Notes: generated from the sequence alone by a model not told the origin. Counted from the whole stretch's first letter, positions 48,443-61,825 are shown. The stretch: 62,249 nucleotides of DNA, filler included, from Pirum gemmata (GCA_002812295.1; 17 parts of 17 records of this genome joined end to end with filler, not necessarily neighbours in it); one strand, 5' to 3'. Made by a program: numbers and translations.

Positions 48443-51400
48443 CGGTTAACAAGTCCATTTTCACCAGAACGTCATTATCGTCCGTTTTCAATGATCGTAA
48501 TTTTGACGCCCATTTTGCTGGTTCCCAATAAGCTACTCGAGGGTCATGTAGACCAGCCGTAATAAGTATATTTGGGTAAGGTTGAGCTCGAACATTATCA
48601 TAAGGACTATAACTCAACATATAATCGTAATATTTATCTTCGTTAGGATTGCCCCATTCCTCCCATTCACCAGTAGTTAAAGGTATTGAAGGATCAGACA
48701 TTGTATTCATAACGTCAACAAAAGGTACCTATAATTATGGGTTAGGGTTAGGGTTAGGGTTATGAAGGGTTAGGGTTAGGGTTATGTAGGGTTAAGGTTA
48801 GAGTTATGTAGGGTTAGGGTTAGGGTTATGTAGGGTTAGGGTTAGGGTTATGTAAGGTTAGGGTTAGGGTTATGTAGGACTAGGGTTAGGGTTAGGGTTA
48901 TGTAAGGTTAGGGTTAGGGTTATGTAGGACTAGGGTTAGGGTTATGTAGGGTTAGGGTTAGGGTTAGGGTTATGTAGGGTTAGGGTTATGTAGGGTTAGG
49001 GTTATGTAGGGTTAGGGTTAGGGTTAGGGTCATGTAGGGTTAGGGTTAGGGTTAGGGTTATGTAGGGTTAGGGTTAGGGTTATGTAGGGTTAGGGTTAGG
49101 GTTAGGGTTATGTAGGGTTAGGGTTAGGGTTAGGGTTATGTAGGGTTAGGGTTGGGGTTAGCGTAAGGGAAAGGGAAAGGGTAAGAGAAAGGGTAAGGGA
49201 AAGGGTAAGGGAAAGGGTAAGGGAAAGGGTAAGGGAAAGGGAAAGGGTAAGGGAAAGGGAAAGGGTAAGGGAAAGGGAAAGGGTAAGGGTAAGGGTAAGA
49301 TGACAAGGGTAAGATGACAAGGGTAAGATGACAAGGGTAAGGTAGTAAGATGACAAGGGTAAGGGTAAAAAAAAAAGAGGTACGGGTACAGGTAAGGGTA
49401 AGGGTAAGGGAAAGGGTAAGGGTAAGGATAAGGGAAAGGGTAAGGGTAAGGGTCAGGGAAAGGGTCAAGGAAAGGGTAAGGGAAAGGCAAAGGGAAAGGG
49501 TAAGGTGATAAGGGTAAGCGTAAGCGTAAGGGTAAGCGTAAGGGTAAGCGTAAGCGTAAGGGTAAGCGTAAGGGTAAGCGTAAGGGCAAGGGCAAAGGGA
49601 AGGTAAGGGCCAAGGTTAACAGTTAGAGTTAGAGGTAGGGTTAGGGTTAGGGTTAGGGTATAGCACAAAAAAAAAAATTAAACAAAAAAAAAAAAGCTTA
49701 ATACATTTAATAATAGCTCGAATTGATAATACTAATGAACAATAAAAACGGTGTTTTCAATAAACAAAACAATTATAATATTGATATTGACAATGAAAAT
49801 GAAGAAGGTTAGCGAAATACAAAAACCCAGTCAAATATTATAAAATATACACCACAAAAACAAAGNNNNNNNNNNNNNNNNNNNNNNNNNNNNNNNNNNN
49901 NNNNNNNNNNNNNNNNNNNNNNNNNNNNNNNNNNNNNNNNNNNNNNNNNNNNNNNNNTTAGGGTTAGTAGGGTTAGGGTTAGGGTTAGGTTTAGGGTTAG
50001 TAGGGTTAAGGTTAGGGTTAGGTTTAGGGTTAGTAGGGTTAAGGTTAGGGTTAGGTTTAGGGTTAGTAGGGTTAAGGTTAGGGTTATACCCCAGCGACAG
50101 CAATCTTAAATAAATCAGGTCTCATATTTAAAATACTTCCAATCAACAATCCACCCGCACTTCGTCCTTCACAAGCCAAAAGATTATTACTAGTAATACC
50201 TTCTTTAATTAATTGCTCAGCACAGTTAATAAAATCAGAAAAAGTGTTTCGTTTATTTAAGTACTTTCCTTGTTCTTCATACCAATACCTCCCCATTTCT
50301 CCTCCACCTCGAATGTGTGCAATGACGTAAACTACACCCCTATCAAGATAAGGTAAAATAGTGGCCATAAAGCATGGGTCAATGCAAATACCATAAGAAC
50401 CGTAAGCATACAACATCGTAGGATTAGGAGAGTTATCATTGTATTTATCAGTTCTGTAAACCATAGACATAGGCACGTTAGTACCGTCATTCGCTTTAGC
50501 AAAAATACGTTTACATTGATATAAAGAGGGATTGTACATTAAACATTCTTTTTGTTTTACTAAAGTAAATTTACCAGTGGTCATATTGTAATTTTGCCAT
50601 TTTGAAGGTGTAGTTAAACTACTATAGTAAATTCTAACCTCATCCGTATCATAAATATAATTCACACTAATAGCGCACTCGTACAAAGATTCTGAAAACT
50701 GAATTTTCTTAAAACTATTAGAGTCAACCACACTGTTAATATTCTCATTATCATCATTATATATATAATCTTTTTGAAATTTCAGAGTCCACAATTGTGT
50801 TAACCCATCTTGTCGTCCTTCTAATACCATGTAATCCTTAAATACATCAAAATCGTCAATACGTCTACTCTCATCATAGGGAATAACTTCCACCCAAGAA
50901 GCTTTAGAAGGACTGTTAACTGGCGCCGCCATCAGTCTATTATTAATAGCTTTATCAAAGTTTGTACAGATAAAAAATAAACCATCTCTATGCTCTACAT
51001 CGTATAATAAACCAAATTCTCTTTCTTGTATCATTTTTAACTCGGTGTTATTGGGTACAGTTAAATCTAAATAAAATTGTTCGGAAGTTTCGGTCGAACC
51101 ACTGCCGCAGAATAAAAACTTACCGTCTTTTGATTTGCTCATACCAGCATAAAATAGCTCATCTTCTTCAGTTAATAAACACACATCTTGGTCTTGGTTA
51201 GTACCTATAACATGACGCCACAGTTTGTAAGGTCGTTTTGCTTTATCTTCACTTAAATAAAAAAAGTAAGAATTATTAGCCCCCCATTGTATAGTACCAA
51301 CAACGCCTTCCACTACGTCATTATTTTCTTTTCCTGTAGTTAAATCAATAACCTTAACCATATACGTCTCATTCCCAGTAAAATCGACACTATAAGCTAA

Positions 51401-51555
51401 AAATTGATGGTCTGGAGATGGTTTTACACCCATGACCACACATTGATCTTTACCTTCAGCAATAATATTTTCGTCTAGAATAATTTCTTCTTTCATTGCT
51501 TCTAATTCATTTAAGTTTTGACATTGCTTTCGACAGTGAATAGAGTAGCTTAGAC
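48443..51555 (-). CDS. ptrB: Oligopeptidase B (peptidase S9A, protease II); internal exons 51555-50090 and 48728-48443
   Basis: Beta-propeller region, [19 protein letters not shown] and the catalytic GRSAGG. A phase-0 GT-AG intron (50089-48729) joins AVAG to [24 protein letters not shown]...[13 protein letters not shown]. The catalytic His exon lies off the contig. Confidence 0.93.
48739..50086. repeat. Intronic telomere-derived array with blocks of variants (TTAGGG, TTATGTAGGG, TAAGGG, AAAGGG, TAAGCG, TTAGTAGGG)
   Basis: Read directly from the sequence; it lies wholly inside the oligopeptidase B intron. Confidence 0.9.
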
Positions 51556-51845
51556 CTTATGTTAGGATTGGGGTTAGGGTTAGGGTTAGTGGTAGTGTTA
51601 AGGTGAGAGTTAGCGGTAGCGGTAGCGGTTAGGGTGAGAATAAGTTTTGGGTTAAGGGTTGGAGTTAGGGTGAGAATAAGTTTTAGGATTAGGGCGAGAA
51701 TAAGTATCCGATTAAGGGTCAGGGTTAGGGTTAGGGTTAGGGTTANNNNNNNNNNNNNNNNNNNNNNNNNNNNNNNNNNNNNNNNNNNNTTAATTAATTA
51801 ANNNNNNNNNNNNNNNNNNNNNNNNNNNNNNNNNNNNNNNNNNNN

Positions 51846-52714
51846 TACTATTACTATTACTATTACTATTAATTTACTATTACTATTACTATTACTATTA
51901 CTATTACTAGTACTATTACTAGTACTATTACTATTACTATTACTATTACTATTACTATTAATTTACTATTACTATTACTATTACTATTACTATTACTATT
52001 ACTATTACTATTACTATTACTATTACTATTACTGTTACTATTACTAGTACTAGTACTATTACTATTACCATTACCATTACCATTACTATTAATTACTAGT
52101 ACTATTAATATTACTAGTACTAGTACTATTACTATTACTATTACTATTACTATTACTATTACTATTACTATTACTATTACTATTACTATTACTATTACTA
52201 TTACCATTACTATTACTATTAAATATTACTATTACTATTACTATCCTTATCACTATTACTATTACTATTACTATTACTATTACTATTACTACTACTATTA
52301 ATATTAATTAATATTACTATTACTATTACTATTACTATTAGTAATACTATTACTATTAATACTATTAATTACTATTACTATTACTAGTACTATTACTATT
52401 ACTATTACTATTACCATTACCATTACTATTACTAGTACTCTTACTAGTACTATTACTATTACTATTACTGTTACTATTACTATTACTATTAATTACTATT
52501 ACTATTACTATTACTATTACTATTACTATTACCATTACCATTACTATTACTATTACTATTACTATTACTATTACTATTACTATTACTATTACTGTTACTA
52601 TTACTATTACTATTAATTACTATTACTATTACTATTACTATTACTATTACTATTACTATTACTATTACTATTACTATTACTATTACTATTACTATTACTA
52701 TTACTATTACTATT
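51846..52714. repeat. (ACTATT)n microsatellite of about 870 bp
   Basis: Read directly from the sequence. Confidence 0.93.
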
Positions 52715-53012
52715 AAAAAAAAAAAAAAATGAGGAATAATTGTTATTATTATTTCATTACCATGACACTTTTCACCATTATTTCTATTATTTCACTATTG
52801 TAGTATTATTTCAATTCTGTGAAGTCCTTCGATTGCATTTTATTAAATTTGGTACTTTGAAATTAATATCTGGATGATCTTATTATAACCAAAGAATTAT
52901 TTAAAATGATAGCAAATTAATCAATTTGTATCTATTTTAATTAACTAATATTTTAACTTGAAATGCATTTATTGCTGCTGTTGTTGTTGTTGTTGGTTGG
53001 TGGTGGTATCGC

Positions 53013-53052
<40 letters not shown>

Positions 53053-53800
53053 GCTGTTGTTGTTAACGTTGTTACTGTTCTTGTTAACGTTGTTGCTGTT
53101 GTTGTTAACGTTGTTGCTGTTCTTGTTAACGTTGTTGCTGTTGTTGTTAACGTTGTTGCTGTTGTTGTTAACGTTGTTGTTGTTATTGATTTTGGTGTTG
53201 TGTTGTATACGTATACGTAGTTAACATGATTGAATTACTTTTAAAGATAATATATTGATCCGCTCTAGTATTCATCAAACTTTTTGTTGCTCGCGTGTTT
53301 ATACTTGAATCCGAATTTTGTCTTTTTCAAATAGAAGAATTTGATAATTTTGTTATTTCATTATCACCACTTAAATAACATCATTCTTTTTGTTTCTTGA
53401 CTATTTGACCTTGTAGCTATAACAGGATGATTTTTTATTGCTTCTGTTGTTGTTGTTGTTGTTGGTGGTGGTAGTGGTGATGGTGGTGGTGATTGCGGTG
53501 GTGATTGCGGTGTTACTGTTGTTGCTGTTGCTGTTGCTATTGCTATTGCTGTTGCTATTGTTGTTGTTGTTGTTGTTGCTGTTGTTTCTGGGGTTGTTGT
53601 TGTTGTTACTGTTGTTGTTGTTGTTACTGTTGTTGTTGTTGTTACCGTTGTTTTTGGTATTATTATTGTTGGTATAGATACTACTACTGTTGGTTTTGTC
53701 ATTAAATTAATATGGAATATCAGCATGAGACACTGTACAATGTCATGCAGCCATGCAGCCATGCTGCTCAACTTTATCTATACGTTATTCTCGGAAGTAT

Positions 53801-53849
<49 letters not shown>

Positions 53850-54088
53850 NNNNNNNNNNNNNNNNNNNNNNNNNNNNNNNNNNNNNNNNNNNNNNNNNNN
53901 NNNNNNNNNNNNNNNNCTAAATGTTAAAAAAAAATTAAATTTTTCAGTTACAAAGAAGTAAAAAGAAACACTATTCTAACCAGTATGGCTATTTTGTTTA
54001 ATATTTTCAGTTGAGAAATAAGAATTTTTATTTTTGTTCTATTTGAAAATGCATGGTGGAAAAATCCAGAGGGTAAAGCAGCTGGTAA

Positions 54089-54288
54089 AGCCTCTCCCAA
54101 TTCTGCTCGAGCCCGAAAACTCAAATTTCTGCAGCCCTGTTCGAAAATTATTTTTCCCATTTTTTCGGGTTTATAAATAAATAAATATACTTGAATACTT
54201 AACTGTTAGCTTAAAATTTTCGAACTTATTTAATTAATGCATAGGCTCGAAAACTTGATTTTTAAACAAGGCAGAATTGGGAGAAGCC
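54089..54288 (+). mobile_element. MITE family E, full length (200 bp)
   Basis: TIR AGCCTCTCCCAATTCTGC / GCAGAATTGGGAGAAGCC (16 of 18 match); second copy at 28778-28980. Confidence 0.78.
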
Positions 54289-54718
54289 TGACATTGTAGG
54301 GTGAGTGTTTGGGGTCAGACTAGCTAGCCAGGTACTCAACTACCTAACAATAATCATGAAATGAAAGGAAATGAATCGAAGTGAAGTGAAATAAAGTAAA
54401 ATGAAATAAAATGAAAATTCATACAGCTTCGTTTTGCTGCTGGATTTGACTATTTTTATTTTTATTGTTTTATTGTTATTGTCCATGCTCATGAATTTTT
54501 TATATTTTACTATTATGATTATGATTATGATTATGATAATTATGATTATGATAGTGGTTGTGTACATGTTTACTACTATGATTGTGTTTTACTACTATGA
54601 TTATGATTATGCTTATGATTATGATTATGATAGTGGTGGTAGTGGTGGTAGTAGTAGTGGTAGTGGTAGTGGTAGTACTTTCTATACCCCATTTTTTTTA
54701 TTTATACATTCATAGACT

Positions 54719-54907
54719 TATCGTGGTTTTCAGTTATTTTGTCATCATAAAATATACAATAAATAGTACCAAATTAATACAATAAAAATCCATTTAATTT
54801 TATTTGGTATGTTTTATTATATATTTATTTATTTAAAAGTATCAATTTAAATATTATAAACAACCAAATAAATATTCGGAGTGAAAAAATAAATGAAAAG
54901 TACAATA
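54719..54907 (+). mobile_element. MITE family B, full length
   Basis: TATCGTGGTTTTCAGTTATTTTGTCA...AAATGAAAAGTACAATA. Confidence 0.82.
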
Positions 54908-56704
54908 CGATAAAACAAAAGACAAGACAACAATTTGATACTAATTTTTATTCATTCAAAAACATTCCCTCATATAATATTATAAAGTATAGTAGTAATT
55001 AATAAAATTTAAAAAAAAAAAAAACTGAAAATAGTAATTTTTACTTGGGGTTTTAGGGTTTAGGGTAGAGGGTTTAGGGTTAGGGTTAGGGGTAGGGGTT
55101 AATAGGGTTAGAGTTATGGATGGTCTCAGGAGTTATGGTTATTAACTTTTAACTTTTATATACAGGAAAAAAAAGTCAAGTCCAATTATGACGTTGGTAA
55201 TGACGTGAGTGTGGCCAAAAATAAAAAAGTGACGCAATGANNNNNNNNNNNNNNNNNNNNNNNNNNNNNNNNNNNNNNNNNNNNTTAATTAATTAANNNN
55301 NNNNNNNNNNNNNNNNNNNNNNNNNNNNNNNNNNNNNNNNATTATTATAATATTATTTTAAATACCTTGTAATTAATATTTTATATGATTATAATTATTT
55401 AATATAATATATAATTTAATTATTAATAACAATATATTAATACAATTATGTAAAAAAAGCTTTTAATAATCAATTTTAATAATATTATGCTTTAATCTGT
55501 ACGTATGATAGATAAGACAAATTAATAATACCCACGATTGGAAATTAAAAATTCAATTTTGTTTAAATTTATAATAACTAACAATCTATTGCACAAGATA
55601 AACGGGGCCCACACAGAGTTATAATTATTAATATCATAATATTTTATTATAATAATATTTAATTAATATGTAGATATTATGTAGTACTTTATATTAATAT
55701 ACAATATTAATAATATTATATTACTATTATCACAAACCGTTATTAATATTTATAGACACCTTTTCAGATGTATATTTCAAATGAAACGTAACAAATTCGT
55801 CTTCTCTTATTAACAACTAACTGACTATGCATTTCAAGTTTCTTTTTTCTTCGGTTATAGTATTTGGTATAATATTATAATGTTAATAATATATTATTAC
55901 TATTATCACAAAACGTTATTTTTATATGATATCATATATAATATATAATATTTTATACGATATTCATCAGAGGTACCTATCACAACTTATGACTTTTTAA
56001 TTAATTAAAATTTATATAGACTAGTTCTTTTTAATTTTATCATAATTATTATTTATAAATATCAAAAAATCTTATTCATTCCTGGAAAATATTCTATATA
56101 TGATAGGAAAATATTTATAAATAATACTAAACAAAAGATTTTTTAGTTCATTTTGACTATTTTGACTATGTGGGGGGAATACTGTCCGAATACAACAGTA
56201 ATACAACACACATAGACTATAGTACTGTATATATCAGATAGTACTAGTCTTATAGACTTATAGTATAAATAGACTATAGTATATTACACCGTTTACACGT
56301 AATATCGATAATAATATAATATTATAGACTATCGATACATGGGAGTCTATATAAGGGTCACTATTGAATCTATGATCAAAAAATAGCAAAAGAAAAGTAG
56401 ACCCAAGGTCTATTGAACAGTTTATTATTATTTTTTTTATAAAAACCTTTTTAATTAACTAATGCTATTAAGTAGACGAATTATATTCAAAAACTAACCA
56501 TTGGTTCATAATAGAGTTTTCTTAGTAAGACGATTTCTCAAAAGTTGGTAGCACTTACAATAAAATTTGATCATTTTGAGATTTTTTAAATTTTTGAGCT
56601 CATATGGTGGATGTTGCCATTCTTATCCGGCTTGATAGTTAAAAAAACAAAAGTAAAAACAAGTAAAACTAGTGTTATCATACGGTCTCTACTATCGTGC
56701 TAGC

Positions 56705-56895
56705 TAGGGTTAGGATTAGGGGTTTGGGTTAGGATTAGGGGTTAGGATTAGTGTTAGGGTTAGGGTTAGGATTAGGGTTAGGGTTAGGATTAGGATTAGG
56801 GTTAGGGTTAGGGTTAAGGTTAGGGTTAGGGTTAGGGTTAGGGTTAGGGTTAGGGTTAGGGTTATGTATCAAGGGTTAGGGTTAGGGTTAGGGTT
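56705..56895. repeat. Interstitial (TTAGGG)n array
   Basis: Read directly from the sequence; an opposite-orientation CCCTAA array lies at 57891-57959. Confidence 0.9.
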
Positions 56896-57691
56896 TTAAA
56901 AATATTTAAAACATGAAAATACGATTTCTAAAGTGGACTCACATTTTACACATAATCTGAACTATCTCAACGTATCATAGTTCTATAGATAAATATATAT
57001 ACAGCTAGCTGAGCTATCACTCAGATTCACTCTATCATAATATTAAAATAATTAATTAAATATCATAAAAGTCTACTTAGTAGCTAGCTACTATAGCTCT
57101 AGCTAGCTAGCTCTAGTAGCTAACTAGCTAGTTGGCTACTCGCTAGAGTATATCTGGCTAGCTAGCTACTGCAGCTAGCTAGCTCTAGCTAGTAGTTGTA
57201 TTTCAAATAAAGAGCAAGTGCAGTCTGTGCATAGCTGTGCATTGGCTGTTAATTCAGTGTTGAACAACTTCTAAACACTTTCAAAACCTTTCAAAACCTA
57301 CTTCAAATTTAACTGCTTGGAAACTTTTTATATACTAAATTTAGCTTCTGATGAAAAATATTTCTAGTTTTAGTAACAATATATTTATTTATGTATAACC
57401 TGTAGATAAGGTTACATAGTTGGAAATTTTGCCTAGGAAATTTTGCTTTCATTATAAAAATGTTCGCCTTTTTTTCTTTCTATGCTTCATACGATAGAAT
57501 GGAAAGAAGATTACAGTAGGTAGTATTCCAGTACTAGCTAGTAGAGCTTGTAACATCATTTCAAATATCCGTTGGAAATAAGAATAAACTTAGTTGGCAT
57601 GGTTACAATACTTAATAAGCTTAATAAAATATGTGAAACTGTTCACTTATAAGTTATACTAAACCACCTTGGTATATAATCATGTGAATAT

Positions 57692-57889
57692 TATCGTGCT
57701 TTTCAGTTGTTTTGTCATCATAAATTTAAAATATACAATAAATAGTACCAAATAAATACAATATAAATCCATTTGATAAATTTTGGTATATTTTATTATC
57801 TATGTATTGATTTAAAAATGTCAATTTNTTTTTAAAGATTATAACTCTCCAAATAAATATTTAGAGTGACAAAATAAATGAAAAGCACA
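57692..57889 (+). mobile_element. MITE family B, full length, directly abutting a (CCCTAA)n array
   Basis: TATCGTGCTTTTCA...TGAAAAGCACA|aaaccctaaccctaa. Confidence 0.82.
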
Positions 57890-59295
57890 AAACCCTAACC
57901 CTAACCCTAACCCTAACCCTAACCCTAACCCTAACCCTAACCCTAACCCTAACCCTAACAATAGTTAATAACACACACACAGGGATTTAATATGATATAA
58001 TGTTGTTTCAACTAATTTATTTGTCTTCCTTGCAATTGGTTGAGCCTTTTCAACTTTATTTTTTTTTTAAAAAAATTTGCCTTGGTAGACTTATCAACTA
58101 CACATTTTAATTAATTATGATATGCATATGGTATGTAGATGTGTCACGCAGCCCTCACGCTGTCACTTGATACAAAAAGATTTTTTTATTTTTTAAAAAA
58201 AATTTATTTCTTTTTCTGAAGTTAATTTCTGCTGGATAAAAATTGCGACATCCGCCATTTGAGCTCAAAAATCCAAAAACTCTCAAAATGCTCTAATATT
58301 AAAATGAAAGTACTACCAAAATTTGAGATATAGTTTAATTATTAAGAAAACTCTATTATGAACCAATAGCCAGTTTTTAAAAATACTTTGGCTAGTTATA
58401 GTTAAAAGTTTTTAGAAAGAAGTCTAAAAAAAATGGTTTTATCCATGCATAAAAATAATAATAATAATAATAATATGATACGATAAAACTGCAGTAAAAC
58501 AGCTTGATATTTTATATATTATTACATCAATTTACATGCTATGATATTTTATATGTATGATTTATAATATATATATATATTATTTTGATAAGAGTTTAGT
58601 CTATGATTTATCAGATAATAAAATTAATATATGATATTATATTATATTATTTATCCATTACTATTGCGCACGAAGCCTAAAGACAACAAAAAGACTTAGT
58701 CAAAATTTTTGTTATTGTTAACGTTATTGTTATTGTTATTGTTATTGTNNNNNNNNNNNNNNNNNNNNNNNNNNNNNNNNNNNNNNNNNNNNTTAATTAA
58801 TTAANNNNNNNNNNNNNNNNNNNNNNNNNNNNNNNNNNNNNNNNNNNNACCCCTACCTGCCTACCCCTAGACGTTAATTTCCGGTCAAATACCGCCTACC
58901 TACCTACCCCTTGACGTGACGTATTATTTGAACTCTCCCTAGCTAGGCCTGTGATACAAAAAACCTTTTAAAAGTTTGCACAAACAATATTATCAGAAGC
59001 TACTTTAATTCCGATCAAAGTAAATTTTTTAATGACGCCATTTTTGGCAGAATCTGATTATAAATCGAGTAAAACGGGTCTTGAAGATGATGGGATCACA
59101 GATTCACAGAACAGAGATCAAGGGCATCTAGCTAGCTACTACTAAGCTACTAGCTAGTAGCTACTCTAGCTAGAGCTAGCTGATAGTATCAGATAGCTAA
59201 CTATGTTGCAGTAGCTAGCTTAGTAGCTATCAATAGTCAAAGGGCATATAATAAATAATAAATTACACTCAAAAAATAACATCAGGGTGCTGTAA

Positions 59296-59570
59296 GGGTG
59301 CTTTCATAAATGACGTCATCATACCCTGTCCCTGTCCTATCAGATGAAAATAGTAAGCTTTCATATTGCTATCTACGCCGTTAAAATGGCAATCTATAAA
59401 TAACATTCATTGCATTGTAAGAGATTAATGACGTCATCATAAACTGCAGACCCCACCTTCTGTCCTATCAGAAGAAAATAGTAAGCTTTCATATTGCTAT
59501 CTACGCCATTAAAATGGCAATCTAGAAAAAGGGGTATTTTAAAAAAGTGACGTTATTAATGAATGTTCCC
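59296..59570. mobile_element. PIF/Harbinger-like MITE, 275 bp, TSD TAA, with an internal direct repeat
   Basis: taa|GGGTGCTTTCATAAATGACGTCA ... TGACGTTATTAATGAATGTTCCC|taa. An internal duplication of about 90 bp lies at 59309-59396 and 59427-59524. Confidence 0.8.
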
Positions 59571-60382
59571 TAATACCTAGCTAGTAGCTAGTAGCTAGCT
59601 AGAGTAGTCATTGTAATATTATGATAATGATGGTATAGTCTAGTGCTTTTCAGTTGTTTTGTCATCATAAAATATAAAAAAAAGAGTACCAAATTAATAC
59701 AATATAAATCCATTTCATTTAATTTGGTATATTTTATTATCTATACCAACCAAATAAATATTTGGAGTGACAAAATAAATGAAAAGTACTAGTAGCTAGC
59801 TAGTAGTAGCTAGCTACTATCTATCTATGATCAGAAAATTATCAAACCATTTCTCCCCCGAAATCTCTTCAGAAAAAAATCTCTAAATAGAAAGAAAAAA
59901 AAAAAGACGCGTTTTCTCGCGTTTTCAACTTTTTTAGATTGGACTTCTTGGTGTTATTTATCACTTATTATAGGATAATAAATATACTATAAATATGTAG
60001 AATTGTAGATCTGTAGAACTTTGTAAATTATTGTAATACGTTTTAAAAAATTACAAGTAGTATCACTAAGTTTTTTTTTTTAAAAAAAAAATTTTTAATT
60101 AAAAAAAAATATCACTGTATCAGATTATGATTCAGATAGTCTACCTACTAAGATAGTCTACTAGTCTCTAGTCAGTAGACAGTCTGGTAGTAATAATTGA
60201 TATCGGGGGATAGTACTCAGTACTGTATGTTCATACTATTAATTAAAGTAGTATGAATCTGCATGATAGAGACCCCTTTAGAGCTCAGCTAGCTTAGTAG
60301 TAGTGCTATGATTTATTTCATATTATTTGATATTTATTTACAATATACATCGTGGTTTTCAGTTTTTTTGTTATTTATAATA

Positions 60383-60527
60383 GGGAGTGTTCAAATAATA
60401 CATCACGTCAAGGGGTAGGTAGGTAGGTGGTATTTGACCGGAATTCAACGTCGAGGGGTAGGTGGTCTGGGGTATTTGAAGCTGTATTTGACTGGAAATT
60501 GGCGTTACGTAGTATTTGAACGCTCCC
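60383..60527 (-). mobile_element. MITE family D, complete 145-bp copy with 3-bp TSD ATA
   Basis: ata|GGGAGTGTTCAAATA...TATTTGAACGCTCCC|ata. Other copies at about 3981-4035, 4639-4769, 26028-26122 and 58849-58939. Confidence 0.85.
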
Positions 60528-60626
60528 ATAGAATACGCAGTAATAAATACCAATGTTAATACTATGTCAAATTTATTTGATGCAATTTAATTAACTTGGC
60601 GTGTTTGATAATTTATATTTTAATTT

Positions 60627-60658
<32 letters not shown>

Positions 60659-60785
60659 ATTAAAAAATAACCACGTTTATAAACTTAAAAGTACCAAATA
60701 AATAATCTAAGTGACAAAATGAATGAAAACTATCGATAACTATGAACAAACAATGGGGGTAGTTATAATAGTTCCCTCATGATAT

Positions 60786-60985
60786 TATCGTGTTTTTTAA
60801 TAGTTGTCCACTTTTAAAAAACTGAAATAAACATATCAAATTATTATTATGGTTAAACTATCAGACATGTTTTAATTAATTTGGTATTTTATACTTAATT
60901 TTGTATTTTATAAACAAGTTCAATTATACACTTAAACAGTACCGAATTAAAGATTGAGAGAACAACTGTAATGAAATAGACGATA
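60786..60985 (+). mobile_element. MITE family C, full length
   Basis: TATCGTGTTTTTTAATAG...TGAAATAGACGATA. Confidence 0.8.
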
Positions 60986-61825
60986 TTAATATGATAAAGT
61001 ATATTTATAAACTGATAAATAAATAAGTAGCTAGTACAGTAAGTTAATATGATAAAGTATATTTATAAACTGATAAATAAATAAGTAGCTAGTACTAGCT
61101 AGCTAGTGGTAATAGTGGTAATAGCTAGCTAGACCCATTTTATACAGCTACTTACAGCTACTACTACATACTATAGCTACTACTCGCTACTAGCTAGCTA
61201 CTTACAGCTACTATCATCGCTACTTGCCAGGCTTAGTACTAGCTAGTTAGTAGTGCAGCTACAGTGCTAGCTAGCTAGCTAGCTATCCTGCTAGCTATCG
61301 ATAGATATGATAGGTTACTAGCTAGCTAGTCATATTGGCTACTACTAGCTAGCTAGCTCGAGTAGTCTAATAATAAGTGCCTGTCTCTAGGTGCTTGTCT
61401 GGAGTCTATTACAGTGTGACTGTGGGCGGGGAGGTACAACTACTAGTCTACTATCGATAGACTAGTAGCTAGTTGTGAACGAGGGGGTGTGAGAAGTGCT
61501 GTCTGTGAGCTTGTGGGGGGGAGTTGGGAACTGGGGACTGGACCAACAGGGGATTTCAATTTATTATTATTTTAAAATAATATAAAATAACTTTTAAATT
61601 AATACCCTCTCATTCAATGCCTGAGCATGTGATGATGTGAGTGAGACCAGCTGAGTGAGACTGTATCAGATAGTCTGTAGGTAGGTATCGATACAACCTC
61701 ATGTTCTGAGAATGACTTTCAATTAGTCTATAGCTACTACTAAGCTAGCTAGCTAGCTATCATAGTCAGTAATTTGATTAGTTCGAGTTGGGTTATCTGC
61801 CTATGATTATTACACTATTATATTA

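Noticed and set aside
48739..50103. LTLTL, NPNPNP, PYPFP and VRVRV ORFs (also at 5969-6212, 15481-15760 and 43650-44130)
   Set aside because: They are translations of TTAGGG-type repeats, several of them inside introns.
51869..54785. Poly-I/L/V/T/C ORFs (also at 10778, 18901, 20074-20437 and 43188)
   Set aside because: They are microsatellite translations. The Thr-rich ORF 53364-53771 could be a real low-complexity exon, but I could not support splice sites or a domain.
3376..58848. Regularly spaced TTAATTAATTAA palindromes as a biological periodic signal or nanochromosome boundary
   Set aside because: They are always centred in exactly 44+44 Ns, which marks a synthetic six-frame-stop linker.
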